Of a stretch of DNA of 64,000 nt, positions 8,443 through 19,300 are shown one piece after another. The position numbers and the translations under genes are program-made. Position 1 is the stretch's first letter; every line of letters starts with the position of its first letter. The notes beneath the pieces are model-generated. The model was not told the DNA's origin and searched no databases. It saw only the letters and a list, made by a program, of their open reading frames with translations. Source of the DNA: Fibrobacteria bacterium (GTDB lineage: Bacteria; Fibrobacterota; Fibrobacteria; UBA11236); contig JAYTSD010000043.1 in NCBI GenBank assembly GCA_043745805.1, forward strand, positions 1 to 64,000, in the 5' to 3' direction.

Positions 8443-10899
8443 TCATTTCGGCGCAGAAGGGTCTAAAAATTCAAAGAATAATACACCGGCACATTTTCCC
8501 TTGCGAGAGATTAAATAGTCTTTAAAATCATGGGTAATCACTTGTTTATTGAGTTGACTGGCGTCACGCAATTTAGGAATTCCGGTTGCATCGGTGATAA
8601 CGAAGCCCGTATGGGTAACGTCGAGCCCAGCGATAGAGGTCACAAAGGCTACTCCCAATAATTTGGGAGCATTTTTCCAGTTGGACACTAATTGCAAAGC
8701 CTTTTCATAAGGCATAAAAGGAATATCGCAAATGGGATCTACGGCGGGAGTGGGTAAATTATGCCCTTGGAAAAATTTTATTTTAGCGAGTGGTTTTTTC
8801 CAAAGCGTATCTCCGGCGAAGCGATAAATTTTCACTTTAGGGGAATTATGCTTTAACCAATCTTCCACAAAAAAATGATTGCGTGTGATATAGTCTACCG
8901 TATCAGAGCGGTAACGTAACTTGAGTATTTCGGGCAATACCTCTTTGGTTTCCTGTGCTAAGGCGAGTGATAACACACTTTCAATATAGGTTACACAATC
9001 AAAACGACTTAAATCCATTAAAGGCGAAGCTTCAACTCTTCCAAAGCGACCTTCACCCGTGGGACCCAGAAAATAAGGTTTCCCTTCTAAAATATGCGAA
9101 AAATATAAAAGTCTATCGGGAAACGTTTTAGGAATATCTGTTGCCTGATAAAGGCGATAGGCATCTTCCACGGCAGGACGTTCTTTATTAAACCAAAGTG
9201 CGGTGCGCGTCGCGATGGAGTCTAGTACATTAGAGGCTCTTTCAGAAGCACCATGAAAGTCATTGATAAAAAAACTGAAAGCTAAGGTATCACCATCGAT
9301 ACCAAACATAAAGCCGCATAACCCTTGTACACCACTTATGGATCCCGTTTTGTAACGGATCAAAGGATTATCCAACATATTTTTTAAACGCCTTCCAGTA
9401 GCGCCATCCATGCCTGGTGTTGCTAAGGACCCAATATAATCGGCCACATAATGATGGCGGGCCATCTTTGCTAAAAGTAAAGCCATAGCGCGCGGTTTCA
9501 GACGATTGTCGGGCGATAAGCCACAGCCATCATGAATATTAAAATCATCTGCTCTTAAATTGTTACGCGTTAAAAATTCTCTTTCAGCCAACAGTCCGGT
9601 ACTATCCGAGCCTATGCCATGAGTCCATTTTCCTAAATGGCGCAATAATATTTCGGCATGCAAGTTTTGACTGCGTTGATTGACTTCTTCTAAAACATTA
9701 ATTAAGGGCGCGGAAGTAAAACGCAGTAACTTGAAAGTTTCCTTATTTTTTTGATTGGTATCGGCGATATAGCCAAGTTTTTGCATGGCTAAAGCTTTGA
9801 TAAAAGCCGCTTGAAAATAACCCACCGGATTACGCACTGGAAGAATAAGCGTAGGTCCTAAGGCATCCAATCCGATTTGACCTTGCACTGTCAGTACATT
9901 GGAGCTGGGGCTGGGTTTAATATAAATAGCGCGGCGCTTTCCTTTTGTAGTTTTCGCTTTATTAATCACTTGCACATAGCCCACATTGGGCACAATACTT
10001 ACAATGGCCGGCGCTCCTGGCTTACCTCCGGGTGAAACACTCACATTATAACAGTTATCATTGAAGGATAAGGCGGAAACTTCGGCTCCATACCAAGTAT
10101 TGAAATGATGTTGTTTCCATGCTTTAGGGCGATGAGGTCCGTTGAAAAAAGTGTCCGCAACCTCTATATTACCTTGAATAGTATCAATACCCAATTGCCT
10201 TAAACTATCGCCCCAAGCTTGAAAAGCCGAAATGGCATCGGGATAAAAACGATCGGAAACATTAGGGTCCCCTTCACCGCTGATTAAAATATTTCCTATG
10301 AATTTATGATTTTGTAATCTCCCTTTTAATTCCAATGTGGTAATCGGGAAAAAGTTTTTGGGGAAAGTGTCGAGTACCGCCGAGGTTACTAAAAGTTTGA
10401 GGCATGAAGCCGGCGTAAACCATTCTGTATCATTGCCGGCAGCTTCAAAGCGTTGATATTTAGTGGAATAAATGCTAAAGCCTAGTCTACCTTGAATGCG
10501 TGAAGCTTTAAAATAATCTTGAATTAAAGCACTAAGTAGGGGAGTGGAGGAGCCAAGCGCATCTGGTTTTGAAGTAGGAAATGTATTCGACATCATTGAA
10601 TGGACAGTGTAGGGAACTACAGTAGGCGAGGCCGTGGGAGTAGAGATTAAAGACTTGGTAGATTCTGCTATAACCTTAAGCTTTGCGGTTACGGTATCTT
10701 TTAACCTTGCGGCGGGAAGAATTTCATTTGGTAAGAGCTGAGTAGTGGGTGCTAAAGCAGGCGAGAGTGAATTGGGTAATATGGTTTGAGTTAAGGATTT
10801 GGGAATAGAATCGGCTAGTAAATCCTTTTGAAGATAAAGTAATAATCCGAGTACTGTAAAGGTTAAGGCGGTTAAGCCTAAATTTTTAAAGTATTTCAT
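8443..10899 (-). CDS. dacB: D-Ala-D-Ala carboxypeptidase/endopeptidase (PBP4, peptidase S13) fused to a C-terminal DUF1460 N-acetylmuramoyl-L-alanine amidase-like domain
   Basis: SxxK (ASCLK), SxN (SQN) and KTG; C-terminal FDCVTYIE, RNHFF.EDW and LDVTHTGF. Confidence 0.85.
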   Translation of the reverse strand: MKYFKNLGLTALTFTVLGLLLYLQKDLLADSIPKSLTQTILPNSLSPALAPTTQLLPNEILPAARLKDTVTAKLKVIAESTKSLISTPTASPTVVPYTVHSMMSNTFPTSKPDALGSSTPLLSALIQDYFKASRIQGRLGFSIYSTKYQRFEAAGNDTEWFTPASCLKLLVTSAVLDTFPKNFFPITTLELKGRLQNHKFIGNILISGEGDPNVSDRFYPDAISAFQAWGDSLRQLGIDTIQGNIEVADTFFNGPHRPKAWKQHHFNTWYGAEVSALSFNDNCYNVSVSPGGKPGAPAIVSIVPNVGYVQVINKAKTTKGKRRAIYIKPSPSSNVLTVQGQIGLDALGPTLILPVRNPVGYFQAAFIKALAMQKLGYIADTNQKNKETFKLLRFTSAPLINVLEEVNQRSQNLHAEILLRHLGKWTHGIGSDSTGLLAEREFLTRNNLRADDFNIHDGCGLSPDNRLKPRAMALLLAKMARHHYVADYIGSLATPGMDGATGRRLKNMLDNPLIRYKTGSISGVQGLCGFMFGIDGDTLAFSFFINDFHGASERASNVLDSIATRTALWFNKERPAVEDAYRLYQATDIPKTFPDRLLYFSHILEGKPYFLGPTGEGRFGRVEASPLMDLSRFDCVTYIESVLSLALAQETKEVLPEILKLRYRSDTVDYITRNHFFVEDWLKHNSPKVKIYRFAGDTLWKKPLAKIKFFQGHNLPTPAVDPICDIPFMPYEKALQLVSNWKNAPKLLGVAFVTSIAGLDVTHTGFVITDATGIPKLRDASQLNKQVITHDFKDYLISRKGKCAGVLFFEFLDPSAPK

Positions 10900-12173
10900 C
10901 TAACCCGCTTTTGAAATTCCGTGAAATAATTTGGATAAGTTTTGCTAGTGCATTGCGGATCCAGTATGGTGATACTTTCTCCTCCGAATGCTGCGAGGGA
11001 AAAACACATGGCCATACGATGATCGTCATAGGTGTTAATAGTGGCGGGCAAAAAAGTTTGCGGAGGATCGATAATTAAAAAACCTAAACCTTCTTCTACT
11101 TGCGCGCCGACTTTGCGCAATTCCGTAGCCATCGCGGCAATTCGATCGGTTTCTTTTACACGCCAGTTCCCAATATTACGAATAGTGGTGCGGCCCTTAG
11201 CGAAAAGTGCCACCATGGCTAAAGTCATTCCGGTATCCGACATTTTATCCATATCCACATCAATGCCTCGCAATTCGCCTTTGCGAACTTTAATGGATTG
11301 TGGTCCAACGGTAACTTGCGCACCCATACGTTTTAAAACCTGAGCAAACTGGGCTTCACCTTGTAAACTTTTTTCACCAATGCCTAATACCTCAATTTCA
11401 CCTGCAATGGATCCAGCGGCGAGAAAATAAGAAGCAGAGGAGGCATCCGCTTCTACTAAATATTCACGGGGAGAAATATAAGCAGAGGGCGTTTCTAAAT
11501 AAAAGCAGGTATAATTGTCATGCGTTACGGTTACGCCAAAGTCACGCATCATTTGTAAAGTGAGTTCCACATAGGGTTGGGAGACCAAAATACCATCTAC
11601 CTTAACCTCCACGCTGTTGCGGCACAAAGGCATGGCCATTAATAAACCCGTGAGAAATTGGCTGGAAATATTTCCTTTGATCGTGGTTTTTCCACCTGCC
11701 AGTCCATTGGCTAAAAGCTTAAGAGGTGGATAACCTGGGTTTTGCAAGTATTCTATGCAGGTATTTCCCGCGAGCGGAATTAAAGCCTGGATTAAATCGC
11801 CAATTGGTCTTTCATGCATACGTGGAATGCCATCCACAATATATTCACCATAGCTGCCAGCTAATAAGGCCGTTAAAATACGCGTGGCCGTGCCGGAGTT
11901 ACCTAAAAAAATATTTTGTAAGGTCGCGGAATGAAAGGGTGTTCCAAGCCCCGTAACCTTAAGATTATTATCGGCCAATTCAAATGGAATACCGATTTGC
12001 TGCAAAGCGTTTTGCATATGTTGTACATCATCACTATGTAATAAGTTGCGTATAGTGGTCGTGCCTTTTGCCAAAGCGGCTAAAGGTAAAACGCGATTGC
12101 TGATACTTTTGGAACCCGGAGGTTCTACTTTTCCGGAAATTTCATGAAGGGGATTTAGAGTTAAACTTTGCAT
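10896..12173 (-). CDS. aroA: 3-phosphoshikimate 1-carboxyvinyltransferase
   Basis: PGSKSISNR, LGNSGTATR, SSQF, RVKETDR, DDHRMAM. Confidence 0.97.
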   Translation of the reverse strand: MQSLTLNPLHEISGKVEPPGSKSISNRVLPLAALAKGTTTIRNLLHSDDVQHMQNALQQIGIPFELADNNLKVTGLGTPFHSATLQNIFLGNSGTATRILTALLAGSYGEYIVDGIPRMHERPIGDLIQALIPLAGNTCIEYLQNPGYPPLKLLANGLAGGKTTIKGNISSQFLTGLLMAMPLCRNSVEVKVDGILVSQPYVELTLQMMRDFGVTVTHDNYTCFYLETPSAYISPREYLVEADASSASYFLAAGSIAGEIEVLGIGEKSLQGEAQFAQVLKRMGAQVTVGPQSIKVRKGELRGIDVDMDKMSDTGMTLAMVALFAKGRTTIRNIGNWRVKETDRIAAMATELRKVGAQVEEGLGFLIIDPPQTFLPATINTYDDHRMAMCFSLAAFGGESITILDPQCTSKTYPNYFTEFQKRVR

Positions 12174-12236
12174 AATGATTCTCTCAAATATTTTTTAAAG
12201 CGCTAGCGTTGATTTCAATTAGTGATGAATTAAAAA

Positions 12237-12917
12237 TCAAATATAGTCGCGATTAACCAAGGCCCCACGATTCAGCATAATGCGTCGAAAGGGCATGGAA
12301 TGAATAAGCCCAGCATCATGCGTGGCCATAAGCACGGCCGTACCTGCCGTATGAATGTTTTGGAAAATCTTAATGATTTCCTTTGAGTTTTGCGGATCTA
12401 AATTTCCCGTGGGTTCATCCGCTAAAATAATATAAGGTTCATTCGCCATGGCGCGAGCGATAGAGACGCGTTGTTGCTCACCACCCGAAAGTTGATGGGG
12501 TAAATTTTTCGCCTTATGCGAAATACCCGTCATGGTTAATACTTCATAAACACGCTGTTTAATTTTTTGATTGGAGTAACCCGCAACACGTAAGGCGAAG
12601 GCTACGTTTTCAAATACATTGCGATCACTTAATAATTTAAAATCCTGAAACACGATGCCTAAACGGCGACGTAACAATTGCACTTTACTTTGTGGGGTTT
12701 CATGCGAGCGATAAGTGAGATCCTTATTAAAAGAAATTAATAATTCTCCTCTTTCGGGGCGCTCATCCATATAAATCAATTTGAGTATAGTGGTTTTTCC
12801 AGCGCCACTGGGGCCGGTGAGAAAAACAAATTCACCTTTATCTATACGGCAATGAATATCATCCAAAGCCTTCCAATTTTTTTCATAAATTTTAGTGACA
12901 TGATTAAAGGTGATCAT
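12237..12917 (-). CDS. ftsE: Cell division ABC ATPase FtsE
   Basis: GPSGAGKT, LRRRLGIVFQDFKLL, LSGGEQQRV, ADEPTGNLDP. Confidence 0.85.
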   Translation of the reverse strand: MITFNHVTKIYEKNWKALDDIHCRIDKGEFVFLTGPSGAGKTTILKLIYMDERPERGELLISFNKDLTYRSHETPQSKVQLLRRRLGIVFQDFKLLSDRNVFENVAFALRVAGYSNQKIKQRVYEVLTMTGISHKAKNLPHQLSGGEQQRVSIARAMANEPYIILADEPTGNLDPQNSKEIIKIFQNIHTAGTAVLMATHDAGLIHSMPFRRIMLNRGALVNRDYI

Positions 12918-13672
12918 GGCTTTTTTAAAATTAAGTGAATGCGTTCCGAGTTTTCTTTAGCTGGTTGACAGCGGAAATTGCTATAACAATCCACTAAATT
13001 AAATCCGCATTGCTTGATCCAATTTTCAATTTCGGCTAAGCGATAAATACGTTGCGTATGATTTTCTTCATAGCGGAGGAATTGACCGTTTTCGGTTTTT
13101 ACAAAAAAGATGAATTCATTATGTTGTACTCTCACGTCTTTATCATACCAACTTTGGCGAGCAAAAGAACAGCCTTCCATTTCTTCAAAGGCTAGCATAT
13201 GTTGAAAATATCGCAAAGAATTGGTTTCGGTGGTCATATCAAAAATGAAAATCCCGCCGGGTTTTAATACTTGGAAAACTTCCTTAAAACATTTTTTGAC
13301 ATCGCCTTCTTCCATCAAATAATTCAGTGAATCGTAAATCATTAAGCAGGCATCAAATTGACTTTTGAAAGGTAATGCCAAGGAGTTCACCGCCACGCGG
13401 TCTTTATTTATGGCTTCGCCTTCAATACTGTGAAAGCTATGCTTGAGCATATAAGGGGAAAGATCGGTATACACTATACGAGGATATTTGGCGAAAGCTT
13501 TACGCACTCGAAAGGGACATGTGCCCGCGCTTAATTCTAAAATACTTTGTGGATGGAGTCCCTGTTTTTTCCATACTTTGCGAATGAAGGCGCCCCAAGC
13601 ATCATAATCCACATGGGACATGATCCAATCATAGAAAGGCGCGATAATCCGATAGGAAGTCGCATCACGCAT
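12914..13672 (-). CDS. Class I SAM-dependent methyltransferase
   Basis: YD.IMSHVDY, ILELSAGT, DLSPYML, DSLNYL, LKPGGIFIFD. Confidence 0.85.
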   Translation of the reverse strand: MRDATSYRIIAPFYDWIMSHVDYDAWGAFIRKVWKKQGLHPQSILELSAGTCPFRVRKAFAKYPRIVYTDLSPYMLKHSFHSIEGEAINKDRVAVNSLALPFKSQFDACLMIYDSLNYLMEEGDVKKCFKEVFQVLKPGGIFIFDMTTETNSLRYFQHMLAFEEMEGCSFARQSWYDKDVRVQHNEFIFFVKTENGQFLRYEENHTQRIYRLAEIENWIKQCGFNLVDCYSNFRCQPAKENSERIHLILKKP

Positions 13673-15021
13673 TAATTGGGCGCGGTTAGATTGGCTTTCT
13701 CAGGTGCGGACTTTTCTTCGGAAGCGTCCAACTTGAATTGAGCCAATTTGTTTTCGATATGCACGGTCTCTTTCCATTTTTCTACAAAGGAGGCTAGTTT
13801 CTTATTGGAATAATAATTCTTAGCGACTTGGCTTATTTGCACCCAATCTTCAGTGAGCGATAAACGGCGTTCGTCTTTTTTCTTATCGACTAAAAACAAA
13901 TGATAACTGTCGGCAATCAGTAAAGGACGAGTAATATCATTTTCATTTAAAGTGTCGATTTCCGAAGCATAATTAGGGTCAATTTGATCTTTGGTGAACC
14001 AACCTAAATTACCGCCTTTTTCTTTAGTCTTACGATCATCGGAATATTTCATGGCTAAATCGGCAAAGTTTTTTTGACTCAAAGCTACTTTACGCAAGGA
14101 GTCACAAACAAATTGCGCCCGCACACTGTCTTTGCTGTCGGGAATGACGCGAAGTAAAATATGCGACGTTTTAATTTCATTGTCCTTTTTACCCGTAACC
14201 TTGATGAGATGGTAACCGTAACGTGACTTAATGGGTTTCTGAGTATAGTCGCCTAATTCCATGGCAAAGGCTGCTTTTTCATAATCAGGATCCAAGACAC
14301 CGTATTTTGTGAAACCAATATCTCCGCCATCTTTGCCCGAGCCATCTTGTGAATAATTTTTGGCAAGCTCCGCAAAACTTTCACCCTTATTCAAACGAGC
14401 TAATAAAGAATCGATACGATTATAAACCGCTTTTTCTAAAATTTCATTGGCTTTGATTTTAAGTTGTAAATGCAAAAGTTTTACGCTGTTTTGTTGCGTA
14501 GGTAAGCTGTCTTGATAATGAGTGAAAAAATCTCTCACTTGCTCTTGGGTCGGATCGCGATCGCCCACATATTTCATTTGCATGCGTTGCTTATACATTT
14601 GATCATGAAAGGTGTTATTTAGCTTGGCGCGAAATTGGGCTAAATTCATTCCATTGGTTTGCATCAAAAGTAATTCCAGTTTTTTTTCACCACCTTGTTG
14701 ATCGATTAAGCGATTGACATGATCTTCCACGCGAGGAGTAATTTCTTTGTCAGAAATTTTAATGGTGGTGTCTTGTTTGGCTTTTACCAAAAGCACTTTA
14801 TCTTCGATTAAACGATTTAATAATTCTTTGCGTTGATCGGCTGGGGGCAGTCTTTGGAATCCAGGTTGTTGCTCAAAACCTTGACGCACCTCTTCGAGTT
14901 CAGAAAGTAAAATGACTTCATCGCCTACCACGGCTACGATGCCGTCAATAGGTTCGGCCCAAGTCAATATAGGCGCAAAAATGATAGCGAAAAGAACAAT
15001 AAACTTAAGGTGTGGTCGCAT
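13672..15021 (-). CDS. surA: SurA-like periplasmic chaperone/parvulin PPIase
   Basis: DGIVAVVGDEVILLSE N-domain and two rotamase domains (FAELAKNYSQD..GGDIG; FADLAMKYSDD..GGNLGW). Confidence 0.8.
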   Translation of the reverse strand: MRPHLKFIVLFAIIFAPILTWAEPIDGIVAVVGDEVILLSELEEVRQGFEQQPGFQRLPPADQRKELLNRLIEDKVLLVKAKQDTTIKISDKEITPRVEDHVNRLIDQQGGEKKLELLLMQTNGMNLAQFRAKLNNTFHDQMYKQRMQMKYVGDRDPTQEQVRDFFTHYQDSLPTQQNSVKLLHLQLKIKANEILEKAVYNRIDSLLARLNKGESFAELAKNYSQDGSGKDGGDIGFTKYGVLDPDYEKAAFAMELGDYTQKPIKSRYGYHLIKVTGKKDNEIKTSHILLRVIPDSKDSVRAQFVCDSLRKVALSQKNFADLAMKYSDDRKTKEKGGNLGWFTKDQIDPNYASEIDTLNENDITRPLLIADSYHLFLVDKKKDERRLSLTEDWVQISQVAKNYYSNKKLASFVEKWKETVHIENKLAQFKLDASEEKSAPEKANLTAPN

Positions 15022-16228
15022 GATTGCTTTCTGGGGCAGGGGTTGAGGAAGCCGGTTCCGGCACCGTTACAGGTGTTGGAGCTGTTTCAGTGGATTCGGG
15101 AATGGATTTTTCTACGGGCTTAATAGCAGGTATTCTTTTAGGTTTTGTTCGAACGGCAGGCGTTGCCATAGCAGGATGTGGCTTTGCTTGAGGAGATTCT
15201 TCCCCAGATGATTTAGCTTCCACCGAGGGCATGGTCGTGGGTGTTTCGGCAGTTGCTGGCGATGCGGATAGATAATGAGTCGAGGTCGCGGAGGGTGACC
15301 GTGGTGTTACGGCTGGCGCAAGGTCAGCATCATTGGGCTGTCCTGGAATTTTATCCAAATCTGTGGTAATAGCAATACCCTCTTTATAGGTTTTAACTTT
15401 CCCATCCATCACTTTTTCTTTACGGTCCAAAATAAGGGTATTCGAAATTTCTTCCTTTGCTTCAGTATAGCTTATCGCGGATCCAGCTTCTTGTTTTTCG
15501 ATCAGCCTTATCAAATAGAATCCATCTTCGCAGGCTATTGGTCCTATTAATTGCCCTTGATTTGCTTTATATAAATCCGCAGCCAAACAAGCAGGAAGAT
15601 CACTGAGTTTTTTAAAACTTAATTGTGCTTCAGTATTGTTACCATTAGAATTACCATTCTGTGAATTTGCGGATGCGATTTTTTGGAAATTATCACCATT
15701 AGCTTGCGCGCGTAAATCTTTTGCTTCTTTCAATGTGTTAAAATGCACCGGCACATATTTATATTCTGATTCATGTCTTTTGAATAAATCTTTATGCATT
15801 TCATAGTATTGATTGATACTCATTTCATCCGGCTCAAAAATTTCTGCCGCACTTTCTCGCGCTAAAAACTCTTCTATCATAATTTTGCGACGCATACGTT
15901 CTAATTTATGCATGACTTTTTCATCTTCATAAAGCTTGGCTTTTTGCGCTTGCTGATAAACCGATTCATCGTCTATCCAACGTTTGATATAATCCAAATA
16001 TTGATCGCGTTTTACAATTTGTTCATATTCAGGAGGAAAAACTTCGCGCAAATCTTCTAAGGTTAACACCGCCGTACCTACTTGCGCTAAAACTGTCTTT
16101 TTTTCATTATCTTTTTTGCAACCATTAAAGAGCAGAAGCATAAATACCGCACCCATAATAAAAGTTTTAACGGCGCGCTTAGGCCAAGTCTGCGAAGATA
16201 AATGATCTTTTCGGCCTATTATTTTCAT
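15005..16228 (-). CDS. Parvulin/PpiC-type lipoprotein with a Pro/Thr/Ala-rich tail
   Basis: Lipobox-like LFNGC, VLAQVG..LT, degenerate rotamase domain, low-complexity C-terminus. Confidence 0.7.
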   Translation of the reverse strand: MKIIGRKDHLSSQTWPKRAVKTFIMGAVFMLLLFNGCKKDNEKKTVLAQVGTAVLTLEDLREVFPPEYEQIVKRDQYLDYIKRWIDDESVYQQAQKAKLYEDEKVMHKLERMRRKIMIEEFLARESAAEIFEPDEMSINQYYEMHKDLFKRHESEYKYVPVHFNTLKEAKDLRAQANGDNFQKIASANSQNGNSNGNNTEAQLSFKKLSDLPACLAADLYKANQGQLIGPIACEDGFYLIRLIEKQEAGSAISYTEAKEEISNTLILDRKEKVMDGKVKTYKEGIAITTDLDKIPGQPNDADLAPAVTPRSPSATSTHYLSASPATAETPTTMPSVEAKSSGEESPQAKPHPAMATPAVRTKPKRIPAIKPVEKSIPESTETAPTPVTVPEPASSTPAPESNHATTP

Positions 16229-16357
16229 ATTGAACTGGTCCTCAAATTTATCCTTGGCCCTTGGCGATACATCACCTTGAGCAAGCCGCTACAATGTAGT
16301 AAATCGTCCCCTTTTAGACCTGAAATTTAGGGAGTTTGGCTTAGTATTGAGGCGGAT

Positions 16358-19300
16358 TTACAGTAAATCGCGTAAAACCTGTACCGCCTGTTGAATGCGT
16401 TGCAGATTATTTTCCCCATTTAATTCCACCAAAATTTGCAGAGGCTTTTCATAAATAAAGCGCATAGTGCGTTTGAATTTAGGTACCAGCAGGCTTAAAC
16501 CATTTTTATCCGGCATATACATTTCCGAGTAGTAAAGGCAAAGTTTGTTTTTGTTTAAATTCACCTTTTGAAAGCCTAAAATTTGCGCGACTAATTTAAC
16601 TCGCATGGTATCGAGTAACACTTGTGTAGGGGAAGGGATTTTTCCAAAGCGATCCAAAAACTCTTGTTGCATATCGTCCACTTGTGACCCTTCGGTACAG
16701 CGTGAAAGTTTTTGATAGAGCGCCACTCTTTGAAACCCATCTTCCACATATTCTTCGGGGATAAAAGCATTTTCCGGAAATTCAATTTCTGGATCGAGAG
16801 GAGGTAACATTTTTTGACCTTGCAACTCTTTAATGGCATCTTGTAGCATACGACAATACGTTTCAAATCCCATAATGGCAATATGCCCACTTTGCTCTAG
16901 GCCCAATATATTTCCGGCTCCACGTATTTCTAAATCGCGCATTGCAATTTGAAAGCCACTTCCTAAATCGGTAAATTTTTGCAAAGAGTATAAGCGCTTT
17001 TTGGCATCATCGGTAAATTTATTGGCATCCGGTGCAATCAATAAGCAATAGGCTTTAGTAGCCGAGCGGCCTACGCGGCCACGCAATTGATACAGTTGCG
17101 ATAAGCCAAATAAATCGGCACGATTAATAATAATGGTATTCGCATTAGGAATATCAATACCGGATTCAATGATAGAGGTACACACTAAAATATCATATTC
17201 GCGATTCACAAAAGCCGACATCACTTGTTCTAAATCCACTTCGTCCATTTGCCCATGTGCCATACCCACACGGGCATGCGGCACCATTTCTTCCACCTTA
17301 GTGGTCATCTCCGGTAAATCGGCGACGCGATTATGCACAAAAAATATTTGCCCACCGCGTGAAAGTTCTAAATCCAAAGCATCGCGAATAAGCGGCGGAT
17401 CATAAAAAGTGACGCGCGTTTCAATAGGCAAACGATTACGCGGTGGAGTCGCAATAATACTGAGATCACGTGCGCCAATGAGGGACATATGCAGGGTACG
17501 TGGAATAGGCGTAGCCGACATGGAAAGCACGTCTACTTCGGTACGTAATTCTTTTAAACGTTCTTTTTGTTTCACCCCGAATTTTTGTTCTTCATCAATT
17601 ACCATTAAGCCTAAATCTTTGAACTTCACATCCGCCGAAATCAAACGATGCGTGCCAATGAGAATATCTAATTGCCCTGCCGCTAAAGTTTCCAAAGTTT
17701 GTTTTTGTTCTTTGGCGCTTTTAAAGCGATTCACATAATCAATACGCACAGGCCATCCGCTAAAGCGTTCGCAAAAACTTTCATAATGTTGTGAGGCTAA
17801 AATTGTGGTGGGGGCCAAAATACAAACTTGCTTTTTATCCAGCACCGCCTTGAAAGCCGCTACCATGGCTACTTCGGTTTTGCCAAAGCCGACATCGCCA
17901 CAAATTAAGCGATCCATGGTTTTACTCGACTCCATATCTTTTTTGGTATCGGCTACCGCACGAGCTTGATCTGGCGTAAGCTCATAAGGAAAGGCTTTTT
18001 CAAAATCATTTTGCAAAGGAGAATCAGGACTAAAAGCAAAACCTTTGATGACGGTGCGCTTGGCATATAAATCAATTAGCTCTTGCGCGAGTTTGTAAAC
18101 GGCTTTCTTGGCTTTGTCTTTAATATTTTCCCAAGTTTTGCCACCGAGTTTAGAAAGCGTAACATCTTTGCCTTCGGGTGAAGCATACTTTTCCAATTTG
18201 CTTAAATCGGTTACGGGTAGCGCTAATTTATCGGCCCCTTGATAATCCAGTAATATGCAATCGACAGAATGATCGCCCGCTTTAATGCGTTTAATCCCTA
18301 CAAAGCGACCTACTCCATAATCCTGATGCACCACAAAATCACCGCGACTTAAAGCCTCGAAATTTTGAATGGATATGCCGCCGCCTTTTTGTTTTTTCTT
18401 TTTGACTTGGCGACTAAAGCGATTAAAAATTTGATGATCGGTGAGCAGTGCAATTCCATCATTGCGATCAATAAAACCGCAGCTTAAATGCCCAATGGCA
18501 ATTCCAGCAATAGGTAAATCTTGCGTGAGTTTTTGCAAACGCTCTGCTTGCCCCGCATTGGGTGAAAGCAAATAAATATCCACGCCTTCATCATGCAAAT
18601 CTTGAAATAAATCTTCTGCTTGTTCTAAACCTCCGCCACCGCGTTTTTGTTCCTCTATTTGCAAAGTGTGGCAAGATGGGCTTTCCCAACTGAGTCGACC
18701 CAGCTCTATGACTTTTTGTTTTTTAAATAACGCATCCAAATCACTTTTAGCAAAAAACAATTCCTCGGGCCGACAGCTCCATCGCTCCTTGGCATTGGCT
18801 TCAAGGTAACCTTCCTGTGCTGATCCCCAAAATTTTTGCAATCGTGTTTCGATTTCATCAAAACCTTCGAGAATTAATAATGGTGCTTCCCCTAAAAAAT
18901 CCAATAAGGAAAAAGACAAATCTTTAAAAAATGCTTTTTGCCAATGCATGCCTTCAAAGTCACGCTTGGTCAATAAACGATGGCTTTCTGCTTCAAAAGC
19001 GCCTTCGCCTTGAAAACGATCGATATGGTCTAATAAGCCCTGTTCTAAATCTTTATGGCTATAACAGGCTTCATCAAGCGGGAATATGTCTACCTGAGCA
19101 ATATCGCGCACGGATCGCTGCGTAAAAATATCAAACTCTTTAATGGATTCAATTTCATCGCCAAATAAAACTAAGCGAATCGGATTATCGAGCAAATAAG
19201 GATAAATGTCGATGATTTCACCGCGTACCGAGAACTCACCAATATCCTGTACCGCATTTTCTTCCGTGAATCCCATATGCAAAACCGCAGAGCGGAAATC

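Noticed and set aside
15005-15330. Pro/Thr/Ala-rich tail of the PPIase as a repeat element
   Set aside because: It is a low-complexity protein linker with no nucleotide-level periodicity.
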